DNA of 63,751 nucleotides, filler included, from Octopus bimaculoides (GCF_001194135.2; 6 parts of 4 records of this genome joined end to end with filler, not necessarily neighbours in it); one strand, 5' to 3'. Counted from the first letter of the whole stretch, positions 1 to 12,830 are shown. Notes: a model not told the origin generated them from the sequence alone. Translations and numbers: made by a program.

Positions 1-93
1 GTAGTAGTAATAGTAGTAGTAGTAGTTGTATTAGTAGTGGTGGTGGTGGTAGTAGTAGTAGTAATAGTAGTAGTAGTAGTTGTATTAGTAGTG

Positions 94-125
<32 letters not shown>

Positions 126-240
126 GGCGGTGGTGGTGGTGGTGGTGGTGGTGGTGGTAGAGTGATATGGTGGTGGTAGTTATTGTTACTAGTTGTGGTT
201 ATTGTTGTTGATGGTGTAGTTTGTAGTTGTATTTATTGTT
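1..240. repeat. compound trinucleotide microsatellite (GTA/GTG/GTT)n
   Basis: Directly visible runs of gta, gtg and gtt triplets. Confidence 0.95.
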
Positions 241-280
241 AGTAACCCCAAGTTCATCGTCAATATCACAATCACGATCA

Positions 281-508
281 AGGCGGCGAGCTGGCAGAAA
301 CGTTAGCACGCCGGGCGAAATGCTTAGCGGTATATCGTCTGCCTTTTTACGTTCTGAGTTCAAATTCCGCTGAGGTCGACTTTGACTTTCATGTTTTCGA
401 GGTCGATAAATTAAGTACCAGTTGCGTACTGGGGTCGATCTCATCGACTGGCCCCCCTCATCATAAAAAATTTCTTTCGGACCTTGTGCCTAGAGTCGAA
501 AAGAATAT
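281..508 (+). mobile_element. tRNA-derived SINE, family A (GGCGGCGAGCTGGCAGAA head)
   Basis: Head ggcggcgagctggcagaaacgttagc, box-B-like gagttcaaattcc and tail ccttgtgcctagagt.gaaaagaat; recurs more than 10 times in the window. Confidence 0.9.
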
Positions 509-588
509 CATAATCATGATCATTGTCAGTAATATCATCAGCAATAGCATTGTCATCATCAACCTTGCCGTTAATGCTTTCGTTGTCA

Positions 589-589
<1 letters not shown>

Positions 590-622
<33 letters not shown>

Positions 623-784
623 TGTCATCATCATCATCATCACTATCCTCATCGTCGTCGCCATTATTATTCTTATTTTTCCTCGAATAATCATTGTTGC
701 AATTATTTCGTCTACCAACATCAGTATTGGCGTTGCATTATCCTTGTCATTGAAATATTATTATCATTATTATTTTTCGTATGT

Positions 785-846
<62 letters not shown>

Positions 847-1064
847 ACCATCATCATCATCATCATTATAATAATTATTTTATCAAAATGATGATTATGG
901 TGGTAGTGGTGGTGGTGGTGGTAGTGGCGGCGGCGGTAGTGGTGGTGGTAAGTGGCACGGAATCACTTCTGTTGTTATTTTATCGGATTATTAATATGAT
1001 TACGAATTACTATTATTATCATTTTTGAAATCGTTACTATCATGATTATTATTATCATAACTAC

Positions 1065-1100
<36 letters not shown>

Positions 1101-1167
1101 GTTTTAGGTATTATACTAATAATTGTAATTGTTGTAGTTATCATTATTATTATTGTTGTTGCTGTTG

Positions 1168-1232
<65 letters not shown>

Positions 1233-1250
1233 GTTATTATCATCATCATC
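590..1250. repeat. compound (GTC)n/(TAT)n/(CAT)n/(GGT)n microsatellite tract
   Basis: Direct reading; it generates the spurious poly-V/Y/T ORFs in the track. Confidence 0.95.
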
Positions 1251-1259
1251 ACAATAGGG

Positions 1260-1664
1260 AATTCAATTAAACGTTGATTGTTTCAATATATGTCCTCACC
1301 TTAACCACAGCTTGCCACAGCCGACAACATTACTTTGATATCGAAGAGCAAGGTGAAGAATTCATTTACACATCTCCAGATTTAATTAAATAATTTTGGA
1401 ACCATGTATGTATGTATGTATATATATATGTATATATATATATATGTATATATATATACGTATACGCGCATATACATACACATGTAGAGATACATATTTA
1501 TGCACACGCACATGCATATACCCATGCGTGTGTGAGGGGAGGTGGTTCTTGTCTCTTAGTGTGGGTGGGCATGTGCGTGTGTGGACGTGGGTCTGCGTGT
1601 ACGTATGTCAGATTTAATTAAAGAAATTTTGTGGGTGTATGCATATATATTAGTGTATGTGCGT

Positions 1665-1713
<49 letters not shown>

Positions 1714-1775
1714 GTAGGGGAATACAAGCAGATTTAATTAAAGAATTTTTGATAAATATGCTCATGCGATATTAA
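1260..1775 (+). pseudogene. short LRR-like relic split by two simple-repeat inserts
   Basis: LATADNITLISKSKVKNSFTHL at about 1311-1376 continues, after a frameshift and the inserts, as DLIKEFLINML at 1731-1763; fits the LxLxxNxIxxIxxxxFxxLxxL pattern. Confidence 0.3.
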
Positions 1776-2479
1776 TATATGTATGAATATATATATGTAT
1801 CTGTATATGTAAACATATATATACATATATACATACATNNNNNNNNNNNNNNNNNNNNNNNNNNNNNNNNNNNNNNNNNNNNNNNNNNNNNNNNNNNNNN
1901 NNNNNNNNNNNNNNNNNNNNNTATATATATATATATATGCATGTATGTATATATTCACATGTAATTACGAATGAAATAATATGATTTTTAAACACCGGTT
2001 TCTGATTTCATTTTTGTACATTTGTTCTGTTTTTTAGTTACTTTGATTTGTTCGTTAATTCATTCTAATCTAAGCTGAAAATCAATGAAATCGAATGCCA
2101 ATAATTAGTTTGTAATAGGTCAAAGAAAGGATTAGTAACTTGCCTTTTTTTTTTCTTATCACTGTAGACTATATCTTTGTTAAAATAATTCTTGATAAGG
2201 CAAAAGTCAGGCTTCCAGGAAAGTTAACACCGAAACTAATGTTAATAAATATACATACTTCTACGTATACTTGTGATATTTCTGCGAAATTCTCAGCAAA
2301 TGATAGAACTGACTGATATTTAATTCTGGTTTTGAAGAAACTTCTCCCTTCAACTACGAGATACTCATTTATGTTCGGTACTTTTCCAGAGAATACTCAC
2401 TGCAGAGAGCTAAGCAATGTCTTCACCAGCAAACAGCAAAACACTCGAATGTACTTTGAAGGAAACATATATGGGTTAA

Positions 2480-3560
2480 ACGTAGGTAATTCTTCAAAGT
2501 CGAGGAAGATTGTTGACATGTAGGTCCACTTCTGTGGACCTGCATATGGCTAAGTAGGCCGATCACTTTGTATCTTCCCGCGTGACTCGAAACTCACGGC
2601 GTCTTCATCGAAATGCTGCTGTACTTCCACGTATAAGAATCTTTCTATGATCGTAGCTTTTTTCCCTCGATCTGCCAGACTTGACACTCTCTTCTATCTT
2701 ATTGTTTTTCTCCTTCTTATGCCCCGAACTCTTTCAAGTCTAAAGTTAATTCAATCCTTTCATCTTATTTTCTTCTTCTTAATACCTTACACTAAATGAT
2801 ATTGGACGCACAAGTCCGGTCGAAGGCTGGGCATTTGTTATCTCGAGCGAAAAATGGCAATGAGTTGGTCACTCACTTTAGGCTGCTTTCTGTACCCCAT
2901 GTTCATCGTTGACATGCTCGGTTCCTGCCGTGTCACAGATGATTTCATTCACTTGTGTCGGTTATTTACCAATGATTTCTTCGTACACATTAATGCCACA
3001 ATTTTTCTGAATATCCCTCAACAACAATCTCGAGCCATTTTCTTTGTCCTATGTGTGTTTGCTTTGCTTCCTTCAAATGAAAGAGAAAAATAGTTGTTTG
3101 AACCGTCGTTTGTACGACACAGCCAGCCTAGCGAAGCTGATGCTGCGAAATTGTGGCATCAACCCAATTGATATTGACTAGCTCGACTACACCGATATTT
3201 CTCTGTCCGAATGTGCATGGATTTCGTTAGATATCTCTTTGTATATCTCCAGCTATGAATATGTTGCCTGTAACAAAGTTGTATACAACTCAGAAACCTG
3301 AACGAGTTTAATATATATACCTCACGACTGACTGTTTTAGATCATAAATTATTTTCATACTACCGTCCTCTCAAACATCCAAAGATTACGCTGGCACATT
3401 TTATATGGTCTTGGATCAAGTCATAAATTTCTGTGTTCTGTGATTGGTAATTACCCAGATAATGGAAATTCTCAACATTATTTTCATCACTTGTTCGCGT
3501 ACATGAATAGCAGGACCACTGGCTTACTAATCGGATGATTTTTAACTTAAACCTTTTGAC
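2480..3560 (-). mobile_element. RTE-clade LINE 3-prime relic
   Basis: Minus strand gives SHAGRYKVIGLLSHMQVHRS (about 2530-2595), resembling the CxxCGRxCxSxIGLxSHxRxH C-terminal motif of RTE LINEs; upstream is decayed and multi-frame. Confidence 0.55.
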
Positions 3561-4194
3561 AGTTAATTCCTACTGATCTCTGTTTAAATTTGATTGCCCG
3601 TAAAAGTTTATTTCAGTCATGTGGCTTCTGCCTGGCAACATGAAAGCGAAGTGCTATGCCAGACTTCCAAAACAGAAGAGTTTCAGAACTGGAATAAGAT
3701 GAGTGGGGAACGTAATTGCGCTTCCGCTTCTTTTTTTTTTTTTCTTTTGGTTTACAGAGCTAAGTTAGAACTGTGTATAAACTTAATAGAACATCTTTTA
3801 TATAGTAGTGAAGAAAAGGAAAGGAAGGATAGTATTTTTATTTTGGCAGTCGAACGAAGACAGGAAAAAGAAAGACAAGGAATGACTGCCGTCAAGATGT
3901 CTCGAGGATGTCCATGTAAACATTTTTGCACAACATGCAAGAATCCGCTAGTGAAATACGTGAAAAAATTATGCAATTTTGATGCTATTAAAAAACACTA
4001 ACTCTCTTGAGTTATTCTGCTCTAGGATATAGACCATGTAAATTATAAATTATCCCGCTATATGTAATACCGAACGAAAATCGGAAGAAAAGATTAAGTT
4101 AAATACTTCATTGCAATATGGATGTACATGTTTTCACATGGATTTCTAAACATTGGTTAATCGCTATGTTATTTCATCCGAGATAGCAATTCTT

Positions 4195-4197
4195 CAG

Positions 4198-4252
<55 letters not shown>

Positions 4253-4271
4253 ATATGTATATATATGTATG

Positions 4272-4320
<49 letters not shown>

Positions 4321-4385
4321 ATATATATACATACATACATACATACATATATACATACATACATACATACATACATACATACATA
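4195..4385. repeat. (TA)n/(TACA)n microsatellite
   Basis: Direct reading. Confidence 0.95.
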
Positions 4386-4479
4386 GTATGGAGTGTAGTT
4401 ATGTACCTTTGAGTGCATGTCGGAGTGTGAAGCTTGTTTTTTTTTCCACAGAAAGAAGGTAGAAAAGTTAATTTAAAAA

Positions 4480-5860
4480 CGAAAGTATGCTACTGGTAGA
4501 AAATCCAGGGAGTCCAAGGATGGCAAAGAATTAGTATTATGCACGAGGAGGAAAATTGGATAGAATTCGCAGGGAATTGAGTAGGAATGCGTGGAGTGGA
4601 AGGGTTGGATAGAACAATATATTGTAAAGCAAAATACCGGGGAAGGGAAAAAGAATCTCCTGAAACAGAAGAGTGGCGTATGTATGTGTGTATAAGAGGA
4701 GAAAAGGGGGAAGGTGTGAGAATGCCGGTATTTGTGTATATGCATGCGTGCGCGCGCGTGTGTGTGTAATGAGAGGGTTATATAGATGTGTATATATGTA
4801 ACAAAGAGACAAACTGGTGGCTGAATGGCAGTATGTGTGTGGCGAGATATACGTGTGTGAAGAGTAAAAATGTGTGAGTGTGTATGTCAAAAAATAGTGA
4901 GTGTATGTGTGAACGTGCTGGTCTATGTGGATGTGTGAATGGGAAAAGACGACATAGGAGATGAGGTGTGTGTGTGCATGAGTGTATGTGAGAGGAAGTG
5001 AAGGTATAGGAGTGAGAGTGAAGGTATAGGAGTGAGAGTGAAGGTCTAAGAGAGGAATGAGTCTGTGTCCGTGGAGACGGTGATGGTATGTTGAGAGCGT
5101 GTACCGTGGGTATGAGGAGAGTATGGGTTAAGATGTGAGTAGGAGAAGTGTGTGAGTGAGGTACATGTAAATGGCATGGGAAAGGAGGGATAGAAGAGTA
5201 GAGAGAAGTATTGCATAGTAATGGAGCTGGGTTGGTGAAACAATAAATGAGAAGAGTTGAGGCTGAGAATTTGGAGAGAGAAAATGAGCTTTTGTTCGCT
5301 GTGGAGGTAAGTGATGGGAGAACCGTGGTTATTTGCCTTGACCACGTCCGAGAGTTATTGGGTGGAATGGTCGGCAACGCGGAAATGTTGCGAGAAAAGC
5401 AACCCGTTGCCATGTTGAATACTTCTGAGATGCTGCGTGAACCTGTCGACCAATTGGATGCCGGATTACCCGATGTAAATATAATGATAGAAGGAACATT
5501 GTAGCTCGTGTATCAGATTACTAGAGGTCCCATGAAAGGAGTCCCTGATGTGGAAGATGCGGCTGTTTGGCCCAGCGAGAGTGTTAGTGTTACAAAGAAA
5601 TGGGCAAGTGTGACAGTAGTGATGGGAGTAGGGAAGGTATCCTGGAGAAGTGTGGGGAAGGAGAAGGGGTGGTCTAGAAGGCTGCAAGCGCACAGGAAGA
5701 TAGAGAAGTAAGAGATGAGTGGGTCAGATTGTAGGCGGCAGAAGAGGTATATTGTCGGAGCAAGGTAAGAAATTAAGAGGAAAGAGAGATGCTGTGGGTG
5801 GGTTAGAGGACGCAAGGTATAAGGACCAAGGTGGAATCAATAGCACACGCTTGGATAAGG
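4480..5860 (-). mobile_element. Penelope-like element relic with GIY-YIG endonuclease
   Basis: Minus strand 5230-5700: CHTCPFLCNTNTLAGPNSRIFHIRDSFHGTSSNLIHELQCSFYHYIYIG*SG-IQLVDRFTQHLRSIQHG...EQKLIFSLQILS, matching the Penelope GIY-YIG domain (CxSxNLIYxIxC...YIGQT...DRFxEH...ExxLIFxL). The pyrimidine-rich 4480-5230 part is presumed 3-prime region. Confidence 0.85.
4997..5045. repeat. 20-bp tandem repeat AGTGAAGGTATAGGAGTGAG, about 2.4 copies
   Basis: Direct reading. Confidence 0.9.
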
Positions 5861-6420
5861 GTGGGTGGGTAACCACATGAAAGTAACGGGTCATATACTG
5901 AATCTGTCTATTTTATGAACCAATAAGAAGATTAATAAAATTTCTGAAAGATTCTCAAGATTCTTACATGCTTATAAATGCACTTTCGCAGAATGCTGTA
6001 GGAATGAATTTGAGTAACCATTAACCAACTTAATAATCATAAATTACCCTAAGGTACGGATGAATTAAATTTTACTCTAGCCTCCCCATTCTTACAAACA
6101 CTAAGTAGCTATTTAATTCGCTGTGTGAGCGTATGTGCGCCAAATCACGTGTGTGCGTACGCTTATATCTTCGTGGATGTTTGCACGAGCGAGTGTACGT
6201 GCGCCATACAACCTAAGCGAGGGCATTTATACATCCATATCTGTTAACGGTTATATTTGATACTTTTTCTCTGTCTTGTGCTTTCATTACTTTCTGCATT
6301 TGTCACTTATTGATTTTATATAAAAATGAAGCTGTATCCCTTAATTTGTTGCTTTTCTATACAAAAACCGAGACGGTATCTTGCAGAACAGTCGTTATTT
6401 TAACAAGATACCTCTTGTAT

Positions 6421-6524
6421 TCACCTGAAGAGACACAGCTACACCGTCGGATACTCCTAAATCAGTTACTAAGTATCCCACCCGTGAGGGATCGATGCTA
6501 GATGGTTCGAAACAATTGTAGTGA
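6421..6524 (+). ncRNA. type I hammerhead-like motif with a large structured loop II insert
   Basis: Stem I tcac(6421-24)/gtga(6521-24); CTGAAGA 6425-31; G6432-C6508 and A6433-T6507; GAAA 6509-12; palindromic stem III ACAATTGT; cleavage triplet GUA 6518-20. Confidence 0.55.
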
Positions 6525-6572
6525 TTAATAAACGTTCTTGCATCTTCCATCTTTCGTCTCTCTCATTAATCA

Positions 6573-6611
<39 letters not shown>

Positions 6612-6840
6612 NNNNNNNNNNNNNNNNNNNNNNNNNNNNNNNNNNNNNNNNNNNNNNNNNNNNNNNNNNNNNNNNNNNNNNNNNNNNNNNNNNNNNNNNN
6701 NNNNNNNNNNNNNNNNNNNNNNNNNNNNNNNNNNNNNNNNNNNNNNNNNNNNNNNCAATTGCAATGCACTACTTCACACAACACGAAAAAAACTAAAAAT
6801 AAAGTAAAGCATTAATATACACTACTTCTTCATTGCAGAG

Positions 6841-6937
<97 letters not shown>

Positions 6938-7496
6938 AACACAAAACGATTAATCATGGAAGCAATATTCAGTTTCATATATGCTAATATAAACATAGAA
7001 AATGCACTTAATCACAATAGAAAATAAACATCTTGTTGATGACGCATAAATCTAACGGTCAAAAGGTCATTCGACTGATTGGTGGCAAAGATTCCGCTAA
7101 ATCATTCTTTAACCAAAGACTAAAAGCAAAACTACAGGCGCTTTGTTACCCTTTCCACTTTCTTTTCCTTTTCTACTTCTACAAAATGACCCCTCAGTTC
7201 CTCAGATCTAGCTAACCGTACACCCTTCCACTCACCTTCATCAGATATATTCGTCTCTTCTTCATTCCTCATCCCGGGTCCCGTATTAAGCACTTCGCCC
7301 AATCATTCTTCTACAAACCTGTCGTAAATTTGCAAGAATTCCTCTTAGCACGGGTTTTCCTTGTCAGACATCGACGGACAAAAGTCAGCTAGATCAGTCT
7401 CATTATTCTGTGAAGGCTTTTAATACAGCCTTTTCTTGTTTGGACTGTTTGATTTTTTTAAAAATCAGTAATTTATCAGGGTACATTTAGACGAAA

Positions 7497-7554
7497 TACA
7501 TTTGTCGAAAGTAATGCATTTGTAATGCAGTGTACATTTGTCGAAAGTAATGCA
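7497..7554. repeat. 22-bp direct duplication TACATTTGTCGAAAGTAATGCA
   Basis: Identical copies at 7497-7518 and 7533-7554. Confidence 0.9.
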
Positions 7555-8482
7555 AAAAAAAAAAAGATGGGGGTGAACGCTGCTTTCTTGGTTATGTCAT
7601 ATAACCAAATCCGATGCAAAGAGAGGTAAATGACCCCAGTATTTGACTTTATAAGTGTAGATCCCGAAAGAGTGAAGACAAAAATTTGTCTCTGTGTCAC
7701 TTGAACTCGGGATGCAAAGAGCCATAACAATTACCACAAGTCATTCTATCCGAAGCTCTATCAACTCGCCGTTTTCATGCCGGACTGATATTCGCTAACA
7801 GCTATATAATAATAGCTGATATAAAATTTGGTTACTTGGTTGACTGATTCCTCCAGTCACGCTTTATATCGTATACAGAATGGGAGAAAGAAAGTAAAAA
7901 AAATATGATATCGAGAGTGGTGGAGAGAGATAGTTAAGTTGAGAGCTACAAGATGAGAGAATACAGTTAACTTGGTTGCAGGCAATGAGTAAAGAACGCC
8001 ACACACAGTAAAAGAGAAAGATTATTGAGACAGAGGAGTGGGGAGAGGGAAAGGAGGAAAGGGAAAGGAGGAAAGGAAGTAAATTACTGAATAAATAGAG
8101 AGAGAGAGAGAGAGAGAGAGAGATGAATAAAAGTGCAACAGTTCAGGACGATATGATAGGGCGTAAAAATATAATAGAAATAAAACCTATTAAGACAATG
8201 GAGTGGGAGAGAAAAAATTGTGGATGGAGGTTAGGAAGGGGTGAGGGAAAGAGAGTAGGGGAGAATATGATAACCAGAGTAGAAAGAGAGTAGAAAAGTG
8301 TTAGGTGGAGGAGAGAGAGAATGAGAAAGAAGGTAACAGGTTGATAGACGGGGAGGTAATCAAATATAAACATATAAAAAATTAAAGCATGTTATTTAAA
8401 GAGCTATTTGAAAAACAATGGAAACTATTAGAAATGATCTAATTATAAATCTCAGAGAGAGAATTAAGCAGCAGTGTTACGA

Positions 8483-8887
8483 TAAAGCAGTTGTATACTG
8501 TCAACTCAATGTGACAGTCCCAATAAAGGAATCATACTGCTGCTATTTAGCCCTAGGAAGCTGGACCGCTTCCTGTCGGCCTTGATACATTTCCTGTGTC
8601 CTTTGAATGTGTTTTCATTAAAAATATATATATTTGCGAGGGTTTGGCATGCATCTTCAGTCAGCTGGTGTTGCTACTTCAGGCTGATGACGAGCAATGA
8701 CTCAGAAACATGTCCCTAAATGCACACTGAGCTGGGTGGGGGTGCTTATCTCCCCCTCGCAAATATAAGGACACAGGAAATGTGTCAAGGCCGACAGGAA
8801 GCGGTTCAGCTTCCTAGGGCTAAATAGCAGCAGTATGATTCCCTTATTCGGACTGTCACGTTGAGTTGATAGTATACAACTGCTTTA
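8483..8887. repeat. foldback element: 121-bp inverted arms plus a 13-bp inner inverted repeat around a hammerhead-bearing loop
   Basis: 8483-8603 is the reverse complement of 8767-8887 with about 7 mismatches; 8630-8642 pairs with 8754-8766. Confidence 0.9.
8678..8720 (+). ncRNA. minimal type I hammerhead-like motif
   Basis: agg/cct stem I; CTGATGA 8684-90; c-GAG caatga CTC-a; GAAA 8705-08; palindromic ACATGT stem III; GUC 8712-14. Confidence 0.5.
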
Positions 8888-10040
8888 ATGGAAACTATGT
8901 AAATTGAATATCCTCAGCTGAAAGGGTATTAAAACAATCTCAAATGTAAAACAATGTCTTATATTGGTTTCTGTAAAGCAAAGTATTACAGAGAAGAGAA
9001 TGAATATAAATAAAAATATGTTGGTATCAAATGTAAACAGAAATATGTTCGTATTAGGTAAAATTACAATAAATTTAGGCACACTTAACAATGCGTGTAG
9101 GTATGTATGTGTTGTGTTTGTGTAGGGAGGGGATGTATTCACAGACACACACATATATATAATATATACATGCATATACAAATACACACGTATATACAAA
9201 TAGACACATACGCCTGTACACGTATACATTCATACAGATATACAGGTATACATACTTGTACACTCACACACGCACACACACACACACACACGCGCACACG
9301 CGCGCGCGCGCGCACACATGCACACAAATATACATACACATATGTATTAATTTTAAGGCAGTAAATATTTTTCTGCTGCAAATTAGATTTCATTTCATCA
9401 TTTTGTATAAGTAATAAGAAATTTGATAGAAGCGTTTTATTCGCCGCTTTGGTGGATTCCCATGAGACTCTGTCGCCATCCAATTCCATTATTATGAATT
9501 TAAATTGGGTGCTTGAGTCATAGTGAATCTTTCATTAGCTGATTACACAACCATAGACGCCACCCCCATGGATACGTTACAGTTATCCTATTTATAGAGC
9601 TTGGTGATCTTGACCGTTGATCTAGAATTCCTCCACTCAGCATCTATGTAAGACGCACCTTTGGCTCAGTTGAACTCTTCCGCTATCTCTTCACAATCTG
9701 CCATGCTGCAGTCCCATGACTTCACCGAATTCTTGCACCTGAGTGGCTATACGGGTGCTATGCCTTGCCAAAGGGTAGCCCATAACTCTGCAGGGCAGTT
9801 TTCACTCCATGGGGTATTTTCAAAATACCCTCATACCCATAGAACGTTAAATTATAATTAACCATATTTCCTGATTACTCATCGTAGAAAAAGTATACCG
9901 CCAAAGTTACTCGTCATATGACGAATAACACTCTAGTACCTTTAATGAAGAGTTAGGGTACATTGGGTTTTAAAATTGGCGATAAGCATATTTCAGTAAC
10001 AATTTCTGTGAATTTTAAGTATATTATGCTTCCAGAGTGT

Positions 10041-10428
10041 GGAGGCGCAATGGCCCAGTGGTTAGGGCAGCGGACTCGCGGTCATAGGATCGCGGTTTCG
10101 ATTCCCAAACCGGGCGTTGTGTGTGTTTATTGAGCGAAAATACCTAAAGCTCCACGAGGCTCCGGCAGGGTATGGTGGCGAACCCTGCTGTACTCTTCCA
10201 CCACAACTTTCTCTCACTCTTTCTTCCTGTTTCTGTTGTGCCTGTAATTCAAAGGGTCAGCCTTGTCACACTGTGTCACGCTGAATATCCCCGAGAACTA
10301 CGTTAAGGGTACACGTGTCTGTGGAGTACTCAGCCACTTGCACGTTAATTTCACGAGCAGACTGTTCCGTTGGTCGGATCAACTGGAACCCTCGACGTCG
10401 TAAGCGACGGAGTGCCAACAACAACAAC
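10041..10428 (+). mobile_element. tRNA-derived SINE, family C, near full length with (AAC)n tail
   Basis: tRNA-like head ggaggcgcaatggcccagtggttagggc...ggtttcgattccc with boxes A and B; 3-prime half shared with 14865-15155 and 50297-50468. Confidence 0.9.
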
Positions 10429-11063
10429 TTCCAGAACGTCTTCTGTAGGATTTTCGCAAGTTTCCAGAAAGTCACTTTGCGGTTACTAAAGAGAGTCATT
10501 ATGCCAATATAATTAACACACACACTGGTTCAATTCCACTCCTCTTTATTATTAAGCAAATGGTTAAATATCCAACTAACTAATTTGTTTTGTTTTTGTT
10601 TGTCAAAGCTCTTGCTTTGCTACTCGCAACCTTTTCAGTGACTGCTGACTTTAACAGTAGTGTTTTTGATCTTTGATTCAGTCTTTTCATTTACTTTACT
10701 CTTCTATTCAGTATTTTTCTCTCTGTTTATAACTATTGACAGCTTTCAAAAGTAATGTCAACATGTAGTTGATGAAATGTGGCACAAATGAAACCCAATA
10801 CACGGTATTTGGAAACGTGACAGCGATTCAAAAGCAGATGGTTTGCTGAATAATGTAACACAAGATTTTAATATCTTCAGTGATTGGACCAAGATCAAAC
10901 TGAGGAACTGCTCTCAAAAGTTGTTAGTCTATTATATCAACCACGGTACTTATTTCGTTTTGTACCTTATTTTAACTCAACGACAGACCCTTTTTTTACG
11001 CCTGTATATTAATAAACACGGACATTTATAACCACAAGCACACATATATACATATATATGCGC

Positions 11064-11223
11064 AGGAGTGGCTGTGTGGTAAGTAGCTTGCTTACCAACC
11101 ACAGGGTTCCGGGTTCATTCCCACTGCGTGGCACCTTGGGCAAGTGTCTTCTACTATAGCCTAGGGTCGACCAAAGCCTTGTGAGTGGATTTGGTAAACG
11201 GAAACTGAAAGAAGCCCGTCGTG

Positions 11224-11266
<43 letters not shown>

Positions 11267-11538
11267 NNNNNNNNNNNNNNNNNNNNNNNNNNNNNNNNNN
11301 NNNNNNNNNNNNNNNNNNNNNNNNNNNNNNNNNNNNNNNNNNNNNNNNNNNNNNNNTCGCTTGACAACCGATGTTGGTGTGTTTACGTCCCGGTAAATTA
11401 GCGGTTCGGCAAAAGAGACCGATAGAATAAGTACTAGGCTGCCAAAGAATAAGTCCTGGAGTCGATTTGCTCGACTAAAGGCGGTGCTCCAGCATGGCCG
11501 TAGTTAAATGACTGAAACGAGTAAAAGAGTAAAGAGAG
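11064..11538 (+). mobile_element. tRNA-derived SINE, family B (GGAGTGGCTGTGTGGTAAG head, internal microsatellite)
   Basis: Head, ccttgggcaagtgtcttct segment (CORE-like), internal (TA)n, tail gactgaaac.agtaaaaga; more than 10 copies in the window. Confidence 0.9.
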
Positions 11539-11694
11539 TATATATATATATGTATGTGTGTATATATATGTGTATGTATGTATGTATGCATATATACATA
11601 TATACGCACATATATATATGTATATTTAAATATATAGATATATATAAATTTATATAGGTGTGTGCGTTCGTGCGTGTGTGTGTGTGTTTGTGTG

Positions 11695-11906
11695 TATGTG
11701 TCTGTGTTTGTCCCCTATCACCGCTTGACAACAGGTGTTGGTGTGTTTACGTCTCTATAAACTAGTGGTTCAGCAAAATCGACCGATAGAATAGATATCA
11801 GACTTAAAAAAGAAAGTACTGGGGTCGATTTGTTCAATTAAAAACTCTTCAAGGTGGTGCCCCAGAATGACCGCAGTCAAGTGACTGAAACAAGTAAAAG
11901 ATAAAA
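11695..11906 (+). mobile_element. SINE family B, 3-prime half
   Basis: cgcttgacaac...gactgaaacaagtaaaaga. Confidence 0.85.
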
Positions 11907-12412
11907 GGTTTGAGCAAATATTTCTTAACAGTAAGAATCAAATACTTTTAATGGTAAATAAGAAAACTATAGCTATAGAAGATACTGAAAAAGTCTTGCA
12001 GAAGCAGAAAATATCATTTAATATTTCTTTGTTGGATAATTCACATCATTACGGGAATAATCATGAAATTTAACCACGCAGATCAAAGGGTTAATAAGTT
12101 CGCTTGCTATGGGAGAGTAAAGTATCTAATATTTCGGTATATAGCTCTTCGTCTGAATGTTAAGGAAGCTAGAGAAAGTGTTGTTGCTTAGGCTGTAAGC
12201 AGGCAAGTGATGAAAAGAATGAAGCGATGGATTGATGTAAGGCAAACAAAAGGTGCTTGTGCGCAGAAGTTGTGTTATAGTTTGACAAGTTATGGTTTCA
12301 AAATAGAAAGAAAGACAAACTACGACAGCAGTTTTCTTCTTTCTTTTTTAATGGATATGTTTATGAAAAATAATAGTATAAGACATCATTGTTTGGAAAA
12401 AAAATTATTTAC

Positions 12413-12578
12413 AAGGCGCAAGCATGGCTGTGTGGTTAAGGAGCTCACTTTGCTACTACATGATTACAGGTTCAGTCCAACAACGTGGCAGCTAAGACAA
12501 GTGTCTTCTATTATAGCCAACACTTTGTATATGGATTCGGTAAACGTATGTGTGTGTGTGTGTGTGTGTGCGTGCGTC

Positions 12579-12609
<31 letters not shown>

Positions 12610-12830
12610 ATGTGTGTGCGGTGGGCGCTCGTGCTTGTTTTTGTGTTCACTCACGTCTCCACCACTTGACAGCCGGCGTTGACTTGTTTACCTCCCCGAA
12701 CTTAGTGGTTTGGCAAAAGATACCGATACAATACCGGTCTTAGAAAATTAGTACTGGAGTTGATTTGTTCCTCTAAACCCTTGAAGGCGGTTCTCCAGCT
12801 TGGTTGCAATCCAATGACTGAAACAAGTAA
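12413..12830 (+). mobile_element. SINE family B, diverged full copy
   Basis: Head atggctgtgtggttaag, internal (TG)n, tail gactgaaacaagtaa. Confidence 0.85.

Noticed and set aside
3594-4001. 135-aa plus-strand ORF
   Set aside because: Non-ATG start, contains a poly-T run, no recognisable motif.
5247-5711. Plus-strand ORFs with protein-like composition
   Set aside because: They are antisense shadows of the Penelope GIY-YIG relic on the minus strand.
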